Shown: piece by piece, positions 38,340-51,249 of the stretch
Position numbering within the stretch: the stretch's first letter is position 1
Layout of the letters: the number at the start of each line of letters is the position of its first letter
From: Octopus sinensis
Taxonomy: Eukaryota
DNA: 64,000 nt
Direction of reading: 5' to 3'
Assembly (NCBI RefSeq): GCF_006345805.1
Contig: NC_043016.1
Span: 19,034,001 to 19,098,000 of the forward strand
Position numbers and translations under genes: made by a program
The notes under the pieces: generated by a model
Seen by the model: the letters and a program-made list of their open reading frames with translations, nothing else
Database searches by the model: none
Told to the model about the DNA's origin: nothing

Positions 38340-38590
38340 TATTTAAATGATAAACTTCTGAAAAGTTTTACAGATTTTACAGTTCAAGAGATAGATTGGA
38401 TCTGTAGTTTTCGAATTAGCTTTCTTTTTCCTGGTTTCTCAAGATTGATATTTAGGCATTTTATTACATATTCCAGGGCCCCAATAATTACAGGTATAGA
38501 TCTGAACTTGTAATCTGAATAGAGTAACTGCAGGTTTCTCAACAGTTCAGCACAGATGTTATCTTTTTCGCTGATCTTCAGCTTTATGTT
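38340..38590 (-). mobile_element. RLE-type LINE C-terminal fragment
   Basis: ELLRNLQLLYSDYKFRSIPVIIGALEY...LIRKLQIQSIS. Confidence 0.6.
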
Positions 38591-39179
38591 AACATACATA
38601 CATACATACATACACACATACATATGCATGCATGCATACATACATGCATGCATACATACATACATACATACATACATACATACATACATACATACATACA
38701 TACATACATGCATACATACATGCATACCATATGTATGTATGCATGTATGTATGCATGCATGTATGTATGTATGTATGTATGTATGTATGTATGTATGTAT
38801 GTATACATGCATGTATGTATGCATGCATGTGAATAACAAAAACGGTAAATATTACATGTGCTTTGATAAATTGTGTATATTTTAACGCTTGCACATTGTA
38901 TTTGAAAATGTGTGTCCATTTCGAATTTGAGAAGCTTGCTTCTCATGACTGATGCTGAGATATATGCAACTGCTCTAATAATTACATGTAAAAGCTAGTG
39001 ATATATTTTTTTTTTATTGCCATGCTGTTGTTACCATTTTCTGATAGCATGTATACGACTAGTCTGATTGCACGATAGTATAATAGCTATAAAGTGGTCA
39101 AATTACTTACTAGGTATACAGTGATTGTAGGAATTTGCTTTGTTACGGTGTGCAGTGTTTACATTTAATTTTTTTTTAG

Positions 39180-39191
39180 AATAAAACTTCA
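39180..39191 (+). other. Candidate 12-nt microexon
   Basis: ttaatttttttttAG|AATAAAACTTCA|GTAAGT. Confidence 0.2.
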
Positions 39192-39625
39192 GTAAGTAAC
39201 TTCTTTCTTGCGTTCAATAAATTTCGCTTGTTGATGCAATTGTTTAGCAGCAAAATTATTTAAATTGACGTATACTTCAACCCAGTATGTTGTCGTACTT
39301 ATCATACAAGAAGAGGGTTCTTCTTTAACTATTTTATAGCAACTGAAGTTCATTACATATTTTATTATTTCGCTTTCTTCTATAAGCCCAGCTGAAAAGA
39401 TTTGGTTTACTTTTTCAATATTTTTCTGCATGGTGACTAGAAGACTGAGGCGAGTATCATTAATAGCTTGAATAAAGGCTCAGAAGAATAATCAATTATT
39501 TAATAATGCTAATAGTTCTAGGACTGATGTCAGAAATTTATTTATCGTATATTCAATGAATAATTTACCCTTACCACACATACCCCTGGTTGCGTCTAGT
39601 ATCTATTTAAGCATATATACATGTA

Positions 39626-40780
39626 CAGGGTGCATCAGCTATTTGAGGGCAAAAGTTTTAAGAACCGTAAATGATCCAAACTTTCAACACTCTCTCTTTT
39701 TCAGTCTAAATATGGAAGCTTTGAATCTAACTGCGCCGATTAAAAGACATGTCGCTCTCCCCACCTTGGCCATCAACCACAATGATTCTGAGATTGCAGC
39801 CTTCTTAGGTGACGCTATTTCCTTCGCGTTTAAAATATGGCGGGAATGTTTCTTCTATGGCCATAAAAACATTTTACCGTCAAACATTATGGGAAGAGTC
39901 AAGTGTGCCCAGGGCATCATCAAGGGGAATCCCGGCAAGTCAATGAGGGTCATTGCTAATTATCTCCACTTAATAGAATCAATGATTAGACATCTGGTGC
40001 ACAAAGGATATCAGGTAAAACTCTTTTTTTATGCCAAAAGGACAGTCCGTGTCCAATAAGAGCCGAGAGAATCGTGTGACTTGGCCGATGTGCTTGCTAA
40101 ACAAAACCAGGTATCTCGAGAAACCCACATGCCCTAATTCTTCTCAGAAAAGAAGAACTTTGTCCAAGATAAAAAAGTGAGCAGAAGGATTGACAGATGA
40201 CTCTTCACCAAATCCACTGAAGCCCCCACTTTTATGAAAACCAAGTTCTCATTATCAGTGATGGTCTTGGTAGTCTTGAGCAATGAGGGTCATGTCATGC
40301 TACTTCTCCTATTCCCATAAAGTCTTAGAATCAATGCGGCAACCTATGTCGAGACAATGAAGAATGTCTCTGGATAGAGGCCGTATGAGTTCCAGCAAGA
40401 CTATGCTTACTCTCATACAGCCTGCATGGTCCAGTAGTTGGCTGAAAATTTTTATGATCATGCCTTCCCGGCCTCCTAACTTTCTTGAATTAAATCCCGC
40501 TGGGATTTTTTTATGTCTGGGGTGTCGTTGAAAGGGAGACCACAAGCATGCCCATAATACCAAGGACTAGTTAATGTCTGTCATTGGTGATGTCATGGCT
40601 AACATTGATTTTGAAAAATCACGTGGTAGTAAATAAAGGCTTATGACGGTTTTTCTAAATAACCATTCTGTTGTGTGTATGTAAGAACATGTGTATTAAA
40701 TTCTATTAAAATATTTTGATTTTCTAATGAATATTTTTCCCCTTAAATGAAAGTGTTATTCTCAAGTAGCCACCGCGCAT
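39626..40780 (+). mobile_element. Tc1/mariner (maT/DD37D-like) relic
   Basis: TA|cagggtgcatcagc start; GIIKGNPGKSMRVIA, FSEKKNF, SVMVLVVLSNEGHVM, EFQQD and ERETTSMPIIP remnants; 3' TIR decayed. Confidence 0.85.
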
Positions 40781-42018
40781 CATGCATTCATGTATTCATG
40801 CATGCAATATATGTATATTAGTTCAGTAAATACGGATGCTTCATCAAATACCTGGTTTAATCTCACCGCATGACATCTTTAGTATGTTTTTTTTTTATTC
40901 CAGTCTCTCCTTAACCATAACCTCGTAAATTAATGATGGTAGGCGGAAACTGTATGAAACCCGTCCGATGGATTTTATTAAATATTCAGTTTCGACTTTG
41001 TGACATTAGGTCACAATAGTTCGACCAAAAATTATATAAAGTGTACCCTTGTCTCAGGAATGCTCCGTTAACATGAAGTTCACTTAATCAAACAAATGAT
41101 TACTCATCGTCGAAACCGACGGAGAATCCGTCGTCAACTTTAAACATGGTAAACTAGATACGTATAGGCAGTACTTAGACATAAAATAGTTAGCTGAAAA
41201 AACATTTAAGCTACATTTTTAACTTTTGTATAAAGAGTTTTTCATATTTCTGTATTAGTAACTGCCCTCATTAGTATAGCATCACTATGCAAAAGATCTT
41301 ATAAATTTTTAGCCACAAAAAGCAACAAAATGAAATTTAGAGAATAAAACAACCACATATATGTGGTTAGTCAAATAATTTAGCAGACCAAACTATAGAA
41401 CAATACAGAAGTAAATTTAACACAATAAATACAACAGTATATTACAAGGACAAAAATCACCCTGGTTATAAAATATTTGAACACTTTATAAAAAATATCA
41501 CCAAACAGAACACAATGAGCATTATACCCAATTATGGTATTAATAATATATTACAAGTACCCAAAAATAAAATCCACGCTTCATCAATGAACTAGAAGCC
41601 TGTTTGTGCACTGAAAAAAAATTGAGACAAATGCATAATTTACACACCTGGCTGCAAACATGAAACTTGAAAAGTTTGTTACTTTATATCAGTCCCTCAC
41701 CCTCATCAGCTGATTGTGTATCTGTAAGGAGACATTATAATACATAATGTTTCACAACACAAATCAAACCTGGTAATTATTGATAACGTAAGGAGTTTAC
41801 TATAAAAGTATCAAAAAAAAAAGAAGAAATTATTTTGGCTATGGAAATATTTTATAACAATAACCCAGTATTTGAATGATACGCTTTGACAGTGGAGAGC
41901 ATGGTCACACTATTTCAGAATTGCGGAATGGAAATCTCTCTATGCCCCAAAAGTAAAACAAACACCATATTCAGAGATGATCCAGGCGAAATAAATGCAT
42001 TAGCCTTCCATAAATAAC

Positions 42019-43040
42019 ACTGGTTTACCAAACTTTTTTTTTTTTTGCTCTGAGCCAAGGATGTGAATAGGTTGTTTTTTTTTATACTAATTTTAATGTG
42101 GTGATTTCGGTTTTCTGAACAGTTTGGCTCTTTCTTCTTTAGTTTTTTTTTTCTTTTTGCTTTCACATATCCCATTTTAATTATATTGCATATAAATTCT
42201 AAATATAATATGTTTATTTCATCTGTTACAAAGGGACATTGCAGAAAAAAAACAGCATAGATAAAGAACATAGATATAACTAAATTACTTGAATAATACA
42301 ATACACACATAAATGAACAAGTCTTCCGAAAAGTCAAATGTGAGAAGACATACTTAATAACTGCATGGATTGATTGCCAAAAGGCATAACGTGCCACACT
42401 CATAGATCCAAGGATGCCTCAGTATATTTGGTATAGTAGAGAATGTTGTTCGGCTCTTACACAACAGTATGTGAAATGGAAAGCTGAGCTAATATCAGGT
42501 CAAAATAAGTTAGGTGAGGTAAGCATAAGAAGTGCAATATTTCAATATGATACACTCTTACCGATGCTATTCGTAGTTGCTCATAACTTTGAGAGAAGTT
42601 TAAATCAAGCTACGAATTTAGAAGTGATGAGAAAATAAACCACCTGTTTTTTGAATGACCTGAAATTATTTGTCAATAGTGAGAAAGTTTTAGATGTATT
42701 AGACTAAACTGAGAGTTGTGAGTAACGACATTAGTAAGAAGTTTAAAATAGATAATGTGTGATGCTAATAGCACTGGTTTAGAAAACTTTTTTTTTCTTT
42801 TTTCTCTGAACCAAGGATGTGAATAGGGGATTCTTTACTAATTTCTATGTGGTGATTTCAATTTTCTGAACAGTTTTGCTCTGTCTCCTCTAGTTTTTTT
42901 TTTTTTTTGGCTTCCACATATCCAATTTTAATTATACTGCATATAAATTCAAAATATAATGCGTTTATTTCATTTGTTACAAAGGGGTATTACAGAATAT
43001 TGATGGAACTAAATTACTTGGATGATACAATACACACAAA
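42019..43040. repeat. ~280-bp direct repeats (42019-42310 and 42772-43040)
   Basis: cactggttta..ctctga(g/a)ccaaggatgtgaatagg..tacaatacacaca is present twice. Confidence 0.9.
42310..42760 (+). mobile_element. R4/Dong RT fragment
   Basis: Nearly identical to 52811-53010; GEVSIRSAIFQYDTLLPMLFV (decayed GIFQGD). Confidence 0.85.
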
Positions 43041-43059
43041 TCATAGTACAGCAGACAAG

Positions 43060-43180
43060 TGAGTTTTTGAACTCAAATCCTAAGTGGTGATCCCCCAGGA
43101 AACTGTTCTGGGACCATTACTGTTCACAATAGCCCTCTTAGACATGCCCACGGTCACTCGGACAGCCACTATCACTAGCT
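43060..43180 (+). mobile_element. CR1/L2-type RT fragment
   Basis: Decayed SG.PQ.TVLGPLLF. Confidence 0.55.
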
Positions 43181-43540
43181 TCGGGATGTCACGCAGCAGC
43201 ATCCAGCAAAAGTCCTCCATCATACTGGGTTTTCACTTGCCTTGGTAGTTGCTCTCCATCTTAGTAATATCTTGATGGGACTGTTCTCCATACTTATCCG
43301 TCACTGCTCNNNNNNNNNNNNNNNNNNNNNNNNNNNNNNNNNNNNNNNNNNNNNNNNNNNNNNNNNNNNNNNNNNNNNNNNNNNNNNNNNNNNNNNNNNN
43401 NNNNNNNNNGGGAGACAGTAAAAGGTGTGAGAGAAATGAAGACGTGAAGTACGTGGAATTAATACCAAGATGTCTAAGAGTCTTGAAGAGATGCTGGAGA
43501 TCATGAAGATGTGGCCGACAGGAAAATGTGACTGTCATAC
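43180..43540 (-). mobile_element. Chapaev-like transposase C-terminal relic spanning the gap
   Basis: AVTDKYGEQSHQDITKMESNYQGK..MMEDFCW resembles AVSDEHGERFHQDI..ME.RYQG.W..M.ADYCW. Confidence 0.6.
43310..43409. other. Assembly gap, 100 N
   Basis: Direct inspection. Confidence 1.
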
Positions 43541-45184
43541 AAGATGTCTGTGTATATATGAGTAAGTGAGGTTTTAAATCAATATGGTAGATGTAAGGAG
43601 AGACGACACTCTGTGTGTGTGTGTGTGTGTGTACGTGTGCGCGCGCGTGTCGCTGTTCATGTACGTGTTGGTGTTTGCATCTGTCTCAATCGTGTACGCT
43701 ATTATTATGTGCTTGTGTGCACGTTTGTGTCTCTTTTAGTGTATGCACGGACGTGTTGTAGAGTGCACGTACGTGTATCCGCATCTGCCTATCTGGTGTG
43801 TGTGTGTGTGGCTATGAGTTTGCGTTTTTCCTTTGAAAGTGTTTGCACGCTCTTACATACCATCTCTTTTAGGCGTGTATGTACGTGATTGTATGTATCT
43901 GTATAATTATGAGTGTACGAGTCTGTACTGGTGCATGTGCCAGTGTGAACGTGCATTCGTTGGTGCTCTTGTATGAAAGCACATTTCTTGAAATGTGAGC
44001 GTACTTGCATCATTTTTGTGATGCATATGCGTGTATGTATTGCTGGATGTACTTCTGTCAATGCTTTTTGTGGGTTTCTGCTAGTGCGTGGGTTTCTTCA
44101 AGTGTACGGTTAGGTGAGGGAGCAAGAAATATTTTGTTTGTGCATGTAAGTACTAGCTTATATGAAGTTGTGTCCATATGTAGTAGTAGTTGTTGTTATG
44201 AGTTAATGAGATTGGCAAGTTAGTAGGAAAGAGATAATAGAGGTGGTCTAAAGAAACGTTATCAATAGAGAGGAAGAGGCTGGCAAGCGCATGCAATGAC
44301 ATATAAATGAGAAAAAGAGACACTGAGATATGTACGAATACTAACGAACATTATATATGTGTTCGCGCGCGTCATTAGGTGTTGTTCTGATGAGTGAGTG
44401 ACAGATAAAGGATAGTGAGAGAAAGAGAGGTGATACATATATAAATACACACATACATACATGCATACATACATACATACATAAATGTATACCTACATGC
44501 ACACATACATATTTGCGTGCATGTATATATACATACACATACATATATTCCTACGTATATTCCTATATACATAAACACATACATACATGCATACATACAA
44601 GCATATATATACATGCATACACATACACACACATACATATATATGTGTGTATGTATATATATATATATATACATACTATATACATACACACATATATATA
44701 TACATATAAATATATATATACATATATACTTACATCCGCACATACATTCGTACAGACATTTATACATACATTTATACATACTCATATACATAATGAATAA
44801 AATAAACACAAATTACTTAGCAGAATGTATTTAAATTGAAATGTAACCGACAAAATAGAGCATCGAGAATTTACAAAGAATTATAAATTCTTCGAAGTTA
44901 CAGTTGAACTCATTAATAATATTTATGACGAAATTTTTCCGTTTGAACTGAAAAAAAGACATCGGCAAACAATATAAATTTAGATATGTTTGTCTGCCTC
45001 ACCAATATTTTTGGATCTTGTTTCGGTTGTAAAGAACACATTGGTTTTCTAATAAACAAATTTTTATGGCTGACAAACACAGCAATCGGCCACATGAAAA
45101 TTTCAAATCAACTGAAACAGAGTAATTTACCCTACTCTTAAATGTATAAGTGCGTGTGCTCGTTGTATGTCAGTGTGTGTATAT

Positions 45185-46985
45185 GTGTATATGTCGGACC
45201 TCTGATTGCCGAAGACATCACTCTCCGTAGTACTGCAGAAGATATAGTTGAGATTCTGCAGAAACAATACTGCTCTGCTTTCAGCAATCCTAGTATATTT
45301 AACCTGGCCAACATATATGAAAAAAAAACCCACAGCACACCCTTTCTGGCATATCACTTCACGCCTTGGACATCATAGCAGCTATTACCAAAATAAAGAA
45401 TAACTCAACTGTAGGCCCCGATAGGTTCTCCGCTAGAGTCCTGAAAGAGTGCCGACTCTAGTTAGCTCTCCCCTTAGCTACTCTCTGGTGAAAATCAATG
45501 GACTGCAGGCTATATCCCTGAAAATTTCCTCTCCCAGGCGATTACCCCAGTTTTCAAGAAAAACAAAATGCCACGCGCCGTGAACTACCTACTGATCTCA
45601 CTTACCTCTCATATCATCAAGAGTGTGGTGATCTCAAGTAACTCACATCTTGGAATCTAACAGCCTACTTATTCGCAACCAGCATGGCTTCCGCAACGGA
45701 AGGGACTGCTTAACACAGCTCTTTCATCATTTCAATGACACTTAAAGGGCTCCAATGCAGATGTCATATACCTTGACTTCAACAAATCCTTTGACAGCGT
45801 TGATCACTGCACCCTGTTAAAGAAACTGTCCAACATTGGAGTTCGACGAAAACTGTTAACTTGGATTAAATGTTTTCTAATGAACAGAACACAACATGTA
45901 GTGATTGATGGTGTCCGATCGACCTCAGTCGGGGTTATAAATGGAGTCTCACAAGACACTGTATTAGACCCACTCCTTTTCATAATTTATATTAACGACA
46001 TCACTGACGTCATTAAATACAGTATCATGCATATTTTCGTTACTGAAGGTTGTTGAAGACCAGACAAATCATCAATCTGATCTGTTAGCTGTTATCCAAC
46101 GGGCGGAAAAACATATTACACAGCTAAACGAGAAAAGATTCAAGTTAGTCCACTTCGGTAAAGAGACTGCATTTCAACAATCATGCACTCTTCCCTCGGG
46201 CGAAACCCTCGTAGCATCCAGCAATTCAAAAATACTAGAGACCTGGGTGTTACTGTTGACAATAAAATAAGCTGGAGTTCTCACATAAACAGCAAAGGTG
46301 ACATGGCTCGCAGCGCGTGCTTCTGGATCCTCAGGGCTTTCCGGTCTAGAGACGCCCCAATCATTATCCTGATTTTCTCTACTTCTGCTTGCCCTCACCT
46401 TGAATACTGTTGTCCGCTGTGATCCCCCCACACGATACAGAATATTATGAAAATTGAAGCTCTCCGGAGATGAATCACAAAAAAAATAGATGACATGACA
46501 GGCTTTGTTATTGGAATCGACTAAAAAAGCTCAGGCTTTACTCCCTCCAACGTCGCCGTGAGCGCTATATCATCTGTATGATGTGGAAAATATTCATCAA
46601 CATTGCCCAAATGATATAGATATCAACTTTAAAATTCATCCGAGATTTGGTCCCCGTGCCATCTGTCCACTACAGAAATGTTCGTGTCGTATCACAACAC
46701 TACGACAGAACTATTTCACCTCAACTGGCCCTGCTCTCTTCAACAATGTACCAGCCCACATAAAGGAGGAAAGTGATTTCACGGCATTCAAACGGCTCCT
46801 CGATGATTACCTCCAACAAAACCATACAAACCACCCACACCTAGATATGTCCCTGAAATCAATAACTCTCTGTTCGAATGGGCTACGGTGCCCAAGAGCT
46901 GACTGCGTATCTCTTCCAGGTGCTGCTATTAAATTAGACATGGCCTGGGCCAACTTCGGCCGAAACTTATCTAAGTAATCAAAGT
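45185..46985 (+). mobile_element. CR1/L2-group LINE, 5'-truncated, decayed RT + 3' end
   Basis: QHGFRNGRDCLTQL, DVIYLDFNKSFDSVDH, LLFIIYINDI, PHLEYCCPLW and LYSLQRRRERY; tandem-repeat tail. Confidence 0.92.
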
Positions 46986-47012
46986 AATCTAAATTTACAT
47001 ACATACATGCAT

Positions 47013-47056
<44 letters not shown>

Positions 47057-48697
47057 GGACACCTGTGTACCATACTTAATACAAATTCATCACGAAAAGC
47101 CTAATTAACTACTCTATTCGTTCAGCGATAATATCTCTTATGAACACATTGTATTTAGAAACACGAATATATCAGTAACAGACGAAATGTGGAGAGAATG
47201 TTATATGCGCATTTATACCTTGCTGAGCAGTGGCAGTAGCATATACATCCTGCCAACCGTATGATAAAACAAAATCTGTCATCACTCATATAGGAAAACA
47301 ATAATTGAGAAAACACCCGAGTTACAATTAGGTGGGCGGCTGAATGAAAATTCTTTATGTGCACCAAAAGCAGTATCATATTTAGTGTATCGTACTTAAT
47401 GCACACGCATCTGTCGCGAGTTGTATTGTTGTGCTTCTATCATATTAGGTGTTGTATCAGTTATGGTATGAGATTAGGCTGACTACGTATATTACAAAGC
47501 TAACTTGCGAACATCTAACAATGGATTTTATTATTGGAAGTTTAAGCATGTATACAGATATAAATTATCAAATCTTCACTAAGTGGCGAGATTAGGAATT
47601 AGGATTCAACTTAATTGCATTTGTTCAACCGTTATTTAGATGAAAGATGAGAGACACCGTAACTTATATTTACTTGGTTTGCTAGGCGTGAGCTGAGGTT
47701 TGTCCTGTTTCAAAATGTTATCAAAGTTCTGCCCGGGTCTGGTTTAGGTATGTGGTGAGATGATAGTCTTGAGCCTCTGCTTGGTAGGAGGGAGGTATAA
47801 GTGAATCCTTCGGCTACCCTCAACACTCAGCGCTTAGATCTTTTCACAAAAGGAAAGGACACGAATCTCAAGAACATTCAAGATGGTGTTCATGACATAA
47901 CTTCACGCTGATTGATTAATATATAGGTTATTCACGTGAAACTCGTATTGTCCAATTGTAGCTTATTCATGATAGCGAATTGATAATTTCGCGATTGGGA
48001 TTCAAAGCCTTCTGAAATCTTCAAGGGGAAGCGTTTGTGTGCATACATTTAAACAGGCGCGAACACTCAAGTAGTACATAAAGAGCCTATATACACACAT
48101 GTAGCACACTACATGTGCATCTAAACAAATACGTATGCGACAGCGTATGCACACACAAACACACATAAATACTCATATGTACACACACATACACCCCCAC
48201 ACACACATAAATACACGCACACACATACATATATAGACATATACAAGCAAACTCTTAACTCGGAATTCATGAGACTAAAAATTCAAAGTGTAACATATAT
48301 AACTGCTGACTTAATAGCATTTTGTCTTAAAGATTTAATGTTTTACCAAAGAATCTCTGCTTTCATTAATACGAATAGCTCTTCAGAAACTACAGTTTTT
48401 TAAACTATTAACGTCGCAACATTCCTTTGCGATTCAAATAACTGGAACAAATTTGATTTATGGCAGCTAAAGTAATTTCTCTTATGCTATGACGTAAAAG
48501 TATTAGAGGTAGAAAATCTAATAAATCAACGTCGTTCATCTGTGTAAGTGTATTCAGATATTTAAATATTCATACACACTTACTAGCATAATAATATAGG
48601 AATTAAAAAAAATAAAGAAATGAAGTAGTAACAATTACATCAATACCAATAGATTATGAACAACTGAAAAAATGAGAAAATCCAGCAATATCTGATG

Positions 48698-48776
<79 letters not shown>

Positions 48777-48849
48777 TATATCTATATAATCCATATATAT
48801 ATATATATATATATATATATCATATTATATATATTATATATATATATAT

Positions 48850-50175
48850 ATAAACTTAGATAAACTTAGATATGTTTCGACCAAAGATTGGTCCAGGCCA
48901 TGTCTAACTTAATAGCACCACCTGATAGGATTATCTAAGTCCTGTTTAAGTCAATTTTGTTTATGGTCCATTCAAGTAGTGAGTTTTTGTGGGTGAGTTG
49001 TATCCAATTATGGGTGGCTTATCTGGATTCCTTGAAGGAATCTATCCAGACTCCGTTTAAAGTTGATGGGATCCTTTTCCTCTTTGATCTTCTTCGGGAC
49101 AATGTTAAATAGGGCAGGGCCTGTTGAGGAAAAGAAATTATGTTGCAGTGTACATGTATGCTGTGATCTTGAATTGGGCAGGGGACGTATGGCCGTGGTC
49201 CCAGTCTTGGATGAACCTTGAAGCTAATGTTCAGGTCGTTTGGGCAAAGTTGGTGGTATATATCTCACATCGTACAAATGATGTACCGCTCACGGCGCCG
49301 CTGGAGAGAGTAGAGTTTCACGGCTTTAAGGCGGTCCCAATAATCGAGAGCAGCCATGCCTTCAATTCGTTTAGTGAGTGCCCTCTGGGGTGATTCAATT
49401 CTAGTGATGTTTGTCTTGTATGGAGACCACAGTGGGCAGCAGTGTCGAGGTGGCCGTACAAAGGAGGAGAAAAGTGGTATGATGACACCTTGTTCTCTGG
49501 ACCGGAAAGTTCTTAAGATCCAGGAACTCATCCTACGAGCTATATCAACCTTCTTGTTGATGTGTGCACTCCAACTGAGATCGTCATCAACAATTACACC
49601 CAGGTCCTGATATGTTAGAGGCTGTGAGCGGTTCCCCTGAAGGAAGAGAGTATGCTGTTTTAGTGAGGAATTTCTTCCAAAATGCATCAGCTCAAAATTT
49701 TCCCTCGTTCAGTTGCTTTTGTTTCTGTCTGCCTATTGACTCACAGCATATAGATCAGACTGGAGTTGAGTCGGTCTGCTTCTTCATTGATAATTTGATG
49801 AAGGCTTAGTGTCATCAGCAAATATTTTCACTTTGCAGTAATGTACGACACTGGAAAAGTCGTTTATGTAAATATAAAGAGTAGCGGGCCCAAGACAGTC
49901 CCCTGGGGGAACACCGCTGGTGACTTTTGCTGGGCTTGAGTGGACTCCATCAACTACAAAACATGTGTGTTCTATTCGCCAGGAAATACTTAATCCAGTG
50001 TAAAAGTTTTCCACGGATTCCAACATTTGCCAATTTTGAGAGTAGGATATTATGGTCAACCCTATCGGAACGCTTTACTGAAGTCAAGATATATGACATC
50101 AGAGTTCGAACCTATTCCCAAGACTTTGAGTATATCTTCAATGTGTGTAAGAGCTGTGTTAGACAGTCCCTGCCA
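48850..50175 (-). mobile_element. Related CR1/L2-group LINE, inverted
   Basis: DVIYLDFSKAF, IYINDF..IFADDT and LYSLQRRRERYII; 3' end homologous to 46915-46985. Confidence 0.92.
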
Positions 50176-50265
50176 CATATATACATACACATATATATAT
50201 ATTATATATATATATAGATAGATATATATATATATATATATACATACACACACACAAACATACAT

Positions 50266-50307
<42 letters not shown>

Positions 50308-50419
50308 GACAATTAGTGGTTGTCATAATAAAACTCAAGAGCTTCGGATACCAGGGATCTCCTCCGCATCTCATCAATTATTAAGACTAATTCTTTTGAT
50401 GTCATATTATTATAATATG

Positions 50420-50458
<39 letters not shown>

Positions 50459-50579
50459 TATATATAGTAGATACTTAATAGCCACACAATTAAAATTATA
50501 TATTCGTGCCCCCACCACACTCAATCGAAAGCCTATAACGGTAAGGAACCGATGCCCGTGCACATACAAAGATAATTCT

Positions 50580-50830
50580 AAACGTCCTGTATTGTTTATG
50601 AAGCACCAGTACCGAAAATTATAACAAGGACATGCAGAGACCAAACGTTATATGGGTCCCTGAAAGAAAAATTTTTATTTAGGTACACATACCGGCTATC
50701 TAATTTAAAACAATGTGAAATGAGACATGCAACAACCATTAATCTAAAGATTAAGGACAATAACATCAGATTGAAGAGCCTTTCTATAATCAAACCTTAT
50801 ATTAACATTGAAAAAGTGTCACGTACGCTT
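50580..50830 (+). mobile_element. Possible decayed PLE GIY-YIG fragment
   Basis: Weak remnants YEAPV..YMG and KDNNI..IIKPY. Confidence 0.3.
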
Positions 50831-50859
50831 CGTTCGAAAAACTGAATCTTAAAAAAAAG

Positions 50860-51145
50860 GACCTCCAGAGATTGTATAAATACGAAGAGCGTGGTTCAAC
50901 ATCCTCAAACCATCGTTATTCAAGGACCTTTTTGAGGGGACGAGCTACTCGACCTGAAGAGTCTAACTGGGCCCCGCCTGCAAGGTCATGCGTCATTAAT
51001 CTTAATATTAGATCACCATGTCTAGCACACATGGTGGTTGTGATGCATGTGCCTGGTGTACCCTTATCAGACGGGTGGTCATGATGGGTATACTGGACTT
51101 CGTATATTTTAGCCCAGTGTCACATTGATGCACTGCTATCTCACT

Positions 51146-51146
<1 letters not shown>
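50860..51146 (+). mobile_element. Short non-coding retroposon family D, 5'-truncated, (AAG)n tail
   Basis: Homologous to 55618-56073 and 57938-58263; ends cactgctatctcactt followed by (AAG)n at 51147-51247. Confidence 0.8.
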
Positions 51147-51176
<30 letters not shown>

Positions 51177-51249
51177 AAGAAGAAGAAGAAGAAGAAGAAG
51201 AAGAAGAAGAAGAAGAAGAAGAAGAAGAAGAAGAAGAAGAAGAAGAATG

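Noticed and set aside
39189-39431. 80-aa minus-strand ORF of ordinary composition
   Set aside because: No recognisable motif or convincing splice sites; the length is expected by chance.
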